Assembly: GCF_038025025.1 (NCBI RefSeq)
Contig: NW_027117344.1
Span: 1,550,001 to 1,614,000 of the forward strand
DNA length: 64,000 nucleotides
Direction of reading: 5' to 3'
DNA from: Phyllosticta citribraziliensis
Lineage: Eukaryota
The number at the start of each line of letters is the position of its first letter. Within the stretch, counting starts at the first letter, position 1. The position numbers and the translations under genes were made by a program. Positions 61,749 to 64,000 of the stretch are shown here, piece after piece. The notes beneath the pieces are model-generated. The model had not been told where the DNA came from. It worked only from the letters and a program-made list of their open reading frames with translations, and made no database searches.

Positions 61749-62207
61749 ATGTCCGATCTCTCCCCTCCCGTCGGCGCAGCAGGCAATGGTGGCAGCGGTA
61801 GTGCCGACAACGCAACCGCAGGCGCCGAGACTCTGTCGCCGCTCGAGCAGGAAGTGCTGGACGAGTACGCGCGGCTGCTGGGGAACTTGAACGACGTGCG
61901 CAAGACCCCCGTCCTGATCCGCATTCCCCCATTCTCATGGCAAGACGCGCGCTGACAATCCGAGCAGCTATCATCCATCCTCTCGACGCTCGCCGAGAAT
62001 CCATCGGCCGAGATCCTCGACGCGCTGCGCGGCCTGGAGCGCAAGACGAGCCTGGTCTACACGCTGCTCAAGGCCAGCGTGTACAGCATTGTTCTGCAGC
62101 AGCAGATTTTCGGCGAGGGCGAGGAAGGGAGTGAGGGACAACAAGGACGGGGTGACGGTGCTGCTGCTGGACAGGGACACGGTGGGGGCGCGGATGACGA
62201 GGATTAA
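61749..62207 (+). CDS. DAD3: DASH/Dam1 kinetochore complex subunit Dad3
   Basis: LSPLEQEVLDEYARLLGNLND, intron 61896-61967, then LSSILSTLAENPSAEILDALRGLERKTSLVYTLLKASVYSIVLQQQI; stop TAA at 62205-62207. Confidence 0.93.
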
Positions 62208-64000
62208 GAGGAGGACATGTTTCCACTGGAGAAAACAGGGGAGAGACTCCCTTGAGGGGAGGGTCTTTGCGTCTCTCTCTTTTCCCCTGCCATCTCTGAC
62301 TCGGCTGTCCCCAGTCTCGTACCGCTTTGCAGCTGCCGTGCTTGCTCTCACGCTCCTCTCCCATGGCAATCCTCCCACAAATCGAGACGAGAAGAGAAGA
62401 CTAGGACTAAGCCTCCACGGCGTCTGCACAGACTTGGTCTACAGCGCTACTTGCCGCTCTGCCTCATCACCTATCGACCTACCTTGTCCGATCCGAGAGC
62501 CACACAGGAACAAGACGAAACCGGAGAAGAGGACTTAAAAGGGCATCTCGAGGACCTACGTAACACCTGGCCCTTTGCTAGCTCCGGCGGCTTCGCTTCC
62601 CTACTCCTCGTTACGGCAGCATGTCTATCCATCTACATGCGTGCTCCGTTGCTACAACAGCTTCACTCGAGCTCATATAGTGCCGGGCCATCCTCCAGTC
62701 ATCCACCCGCCTTGCCAAATCGGACAGAGCGCCAGGCTTCATATCCAACTCCCACCGGCCAGTCAACATGTACTGCACTACACGGCTTGCTCAATCTGCA
62801 TCGCGCGCGAGCGTTGAGCGTCGGATCGAAGAGGCTCTGGGTCGACGGACGCAAACGGCGGAGATGGCAAGATACAAGGAAGGAGTGGAGGGGGGAGGAC
62901 ACGGCACGTTGCTCGCTGATTGTCGAGAATGTACATCACACCTAGCTGAGAGTAGATAGCAGGCAGCGTCAATGAGACGAAGAGCGAGCAACACAGCCCT
63001 GCTGGCGGACACAAAATGTAAGGTACATAAAATCGCGTTTTAGACTCAAATGTGCCAATGCAAGAAACTTTCTCTGTCCGCTCGGGAGCGGAGTATTACT
63101 ATGGCACTACCACAACCCCTATGCGTGCGTTCTCCCCTCTTCTCATGCGCCGCTCAAGCAGCGCTGGTAGACACATGTTTAAAGCCAAGCATCCATTTTC
63201 AGACGTCCACCCAGCCCAAGCACGTGGCGTAGATTCCAACACACACAATCACCAACAAGCACATCATGAGTTTGTCCTTGTTTTAGCGGGGTAAATCGTG
63301 TACTCCATTTTCTGTTACCCTAAGATGCTTTGCCAACTAAAGTAAGCTGCTAAGCTACCTAGGTTTATTTTCCCTTGAGGCCCTCATACACGGCACCATC
63401 ATAAAGCCACCATTTTTTGTCGTTTTGTCGTTTTTGTGTGTGTCGAGACCTTTCCTGCCGCTGGCAAAATGCCTTTGATGGACCTCGAAAAGGAGAAAAG
63501 CCAGTAGTGCATGGGGAAACGGGGGAAGAAAATGCAAGCGGAAACCAGCACAGGGTCAAAGTCAAGAACTCCAGTCGAGACCCAAGTTCAAAGCTTCGAA
63601 CCAATGGCTGAAAGCCGCCGCTGTGATTTGTTTGTTGTGTAAAAGACGAGAAACAGAAGAAAGAGACCCTCGTCGCCCAGACAGAAAGCGGGGAGACGAT
63701 CGGTCCGTCGAGAAGATGTTGGAAAAGCAGAAAAACAAGGAAGCAGTCAATGTGCATATAGCCCAGAACGCTGATAAGCAAACCGAGCCATGTGTCCGGG
63801 GCGTCGTCCATCAACTCAACCAACCATTACGACGACGAGGAATGACGCCTCCTTCCCCATGATGGCATAGACAAGTGTGCCGGGGAATGAAAAGGTCGAA
63901 ATTGGGAATGCAATGCAAAGAGCTAGGACAAGTGTGATAAACCAGGAATTAGGGCAATGAAGTGCAAAACAAAAGGGGAATGCATGAGAAGTCTGACAGA

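Noticed and set aside
60765..61801. ORFs of 190 and 169 aa between nrc-2 and DAD3
   Set aside because: They span the nrc-2 3' UTR-like T-rich tract and the DAD3 leader; no recognisable domain.

Overview
Eukaryotic DNA from a filamentous ascomycete (Pezizomycotina; Dothideomycete-like by inference). Genes are intron-containing, so the unspliced ORF track breaks most of them up; I rebuilt the gene models by hand from GT/GC-AG and CTRAC branch signals plus reading-frame continuity. About 16 protein-coding genes. Housekeeping and regulatory: NAR1, RPB12, the NDR kinase cot-1/CBK1, a long coiled-coil protein, VPS37, IME2, TRM2, MRPS5, the nrc-2/FPK1-type kinase, DAD3 and a probable mitochondrial membrane protein. 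Accessory-looking: a secreted Cys-rich protein, a NACHT-ankyrin NLR-like receptor, a GT25 glycosyltransferase and a tandem pair of paralogous membrane proteins. The most unusual unexplained signals are: (1) two oppositely oriented arrays of the same 33-bp repeat (about 34.1 kb and 51.1 kb) that read as RIP-like mutated relics of a Gln-rich 11-aa repeat gene (consensus about NAPQAQLQQxM) and bracket the gene-poor IME2 domain; (2) a densely base-paired element at about 26.9-27.9 kb (candidate structured ncRNA or solo LTR/MITE); (3) a protein-like 152-aa frame starting 8 nt after the coiled-coil gene's stop, reachable by alternative splicing or intron retention; (4) a GC-AG intron in one tandem paralog where the other has GT-AG. 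No rRNA, canonical tRNA, CRISPR or intact transposase was recognised. All homology calls come from motif recognition, not database searches.
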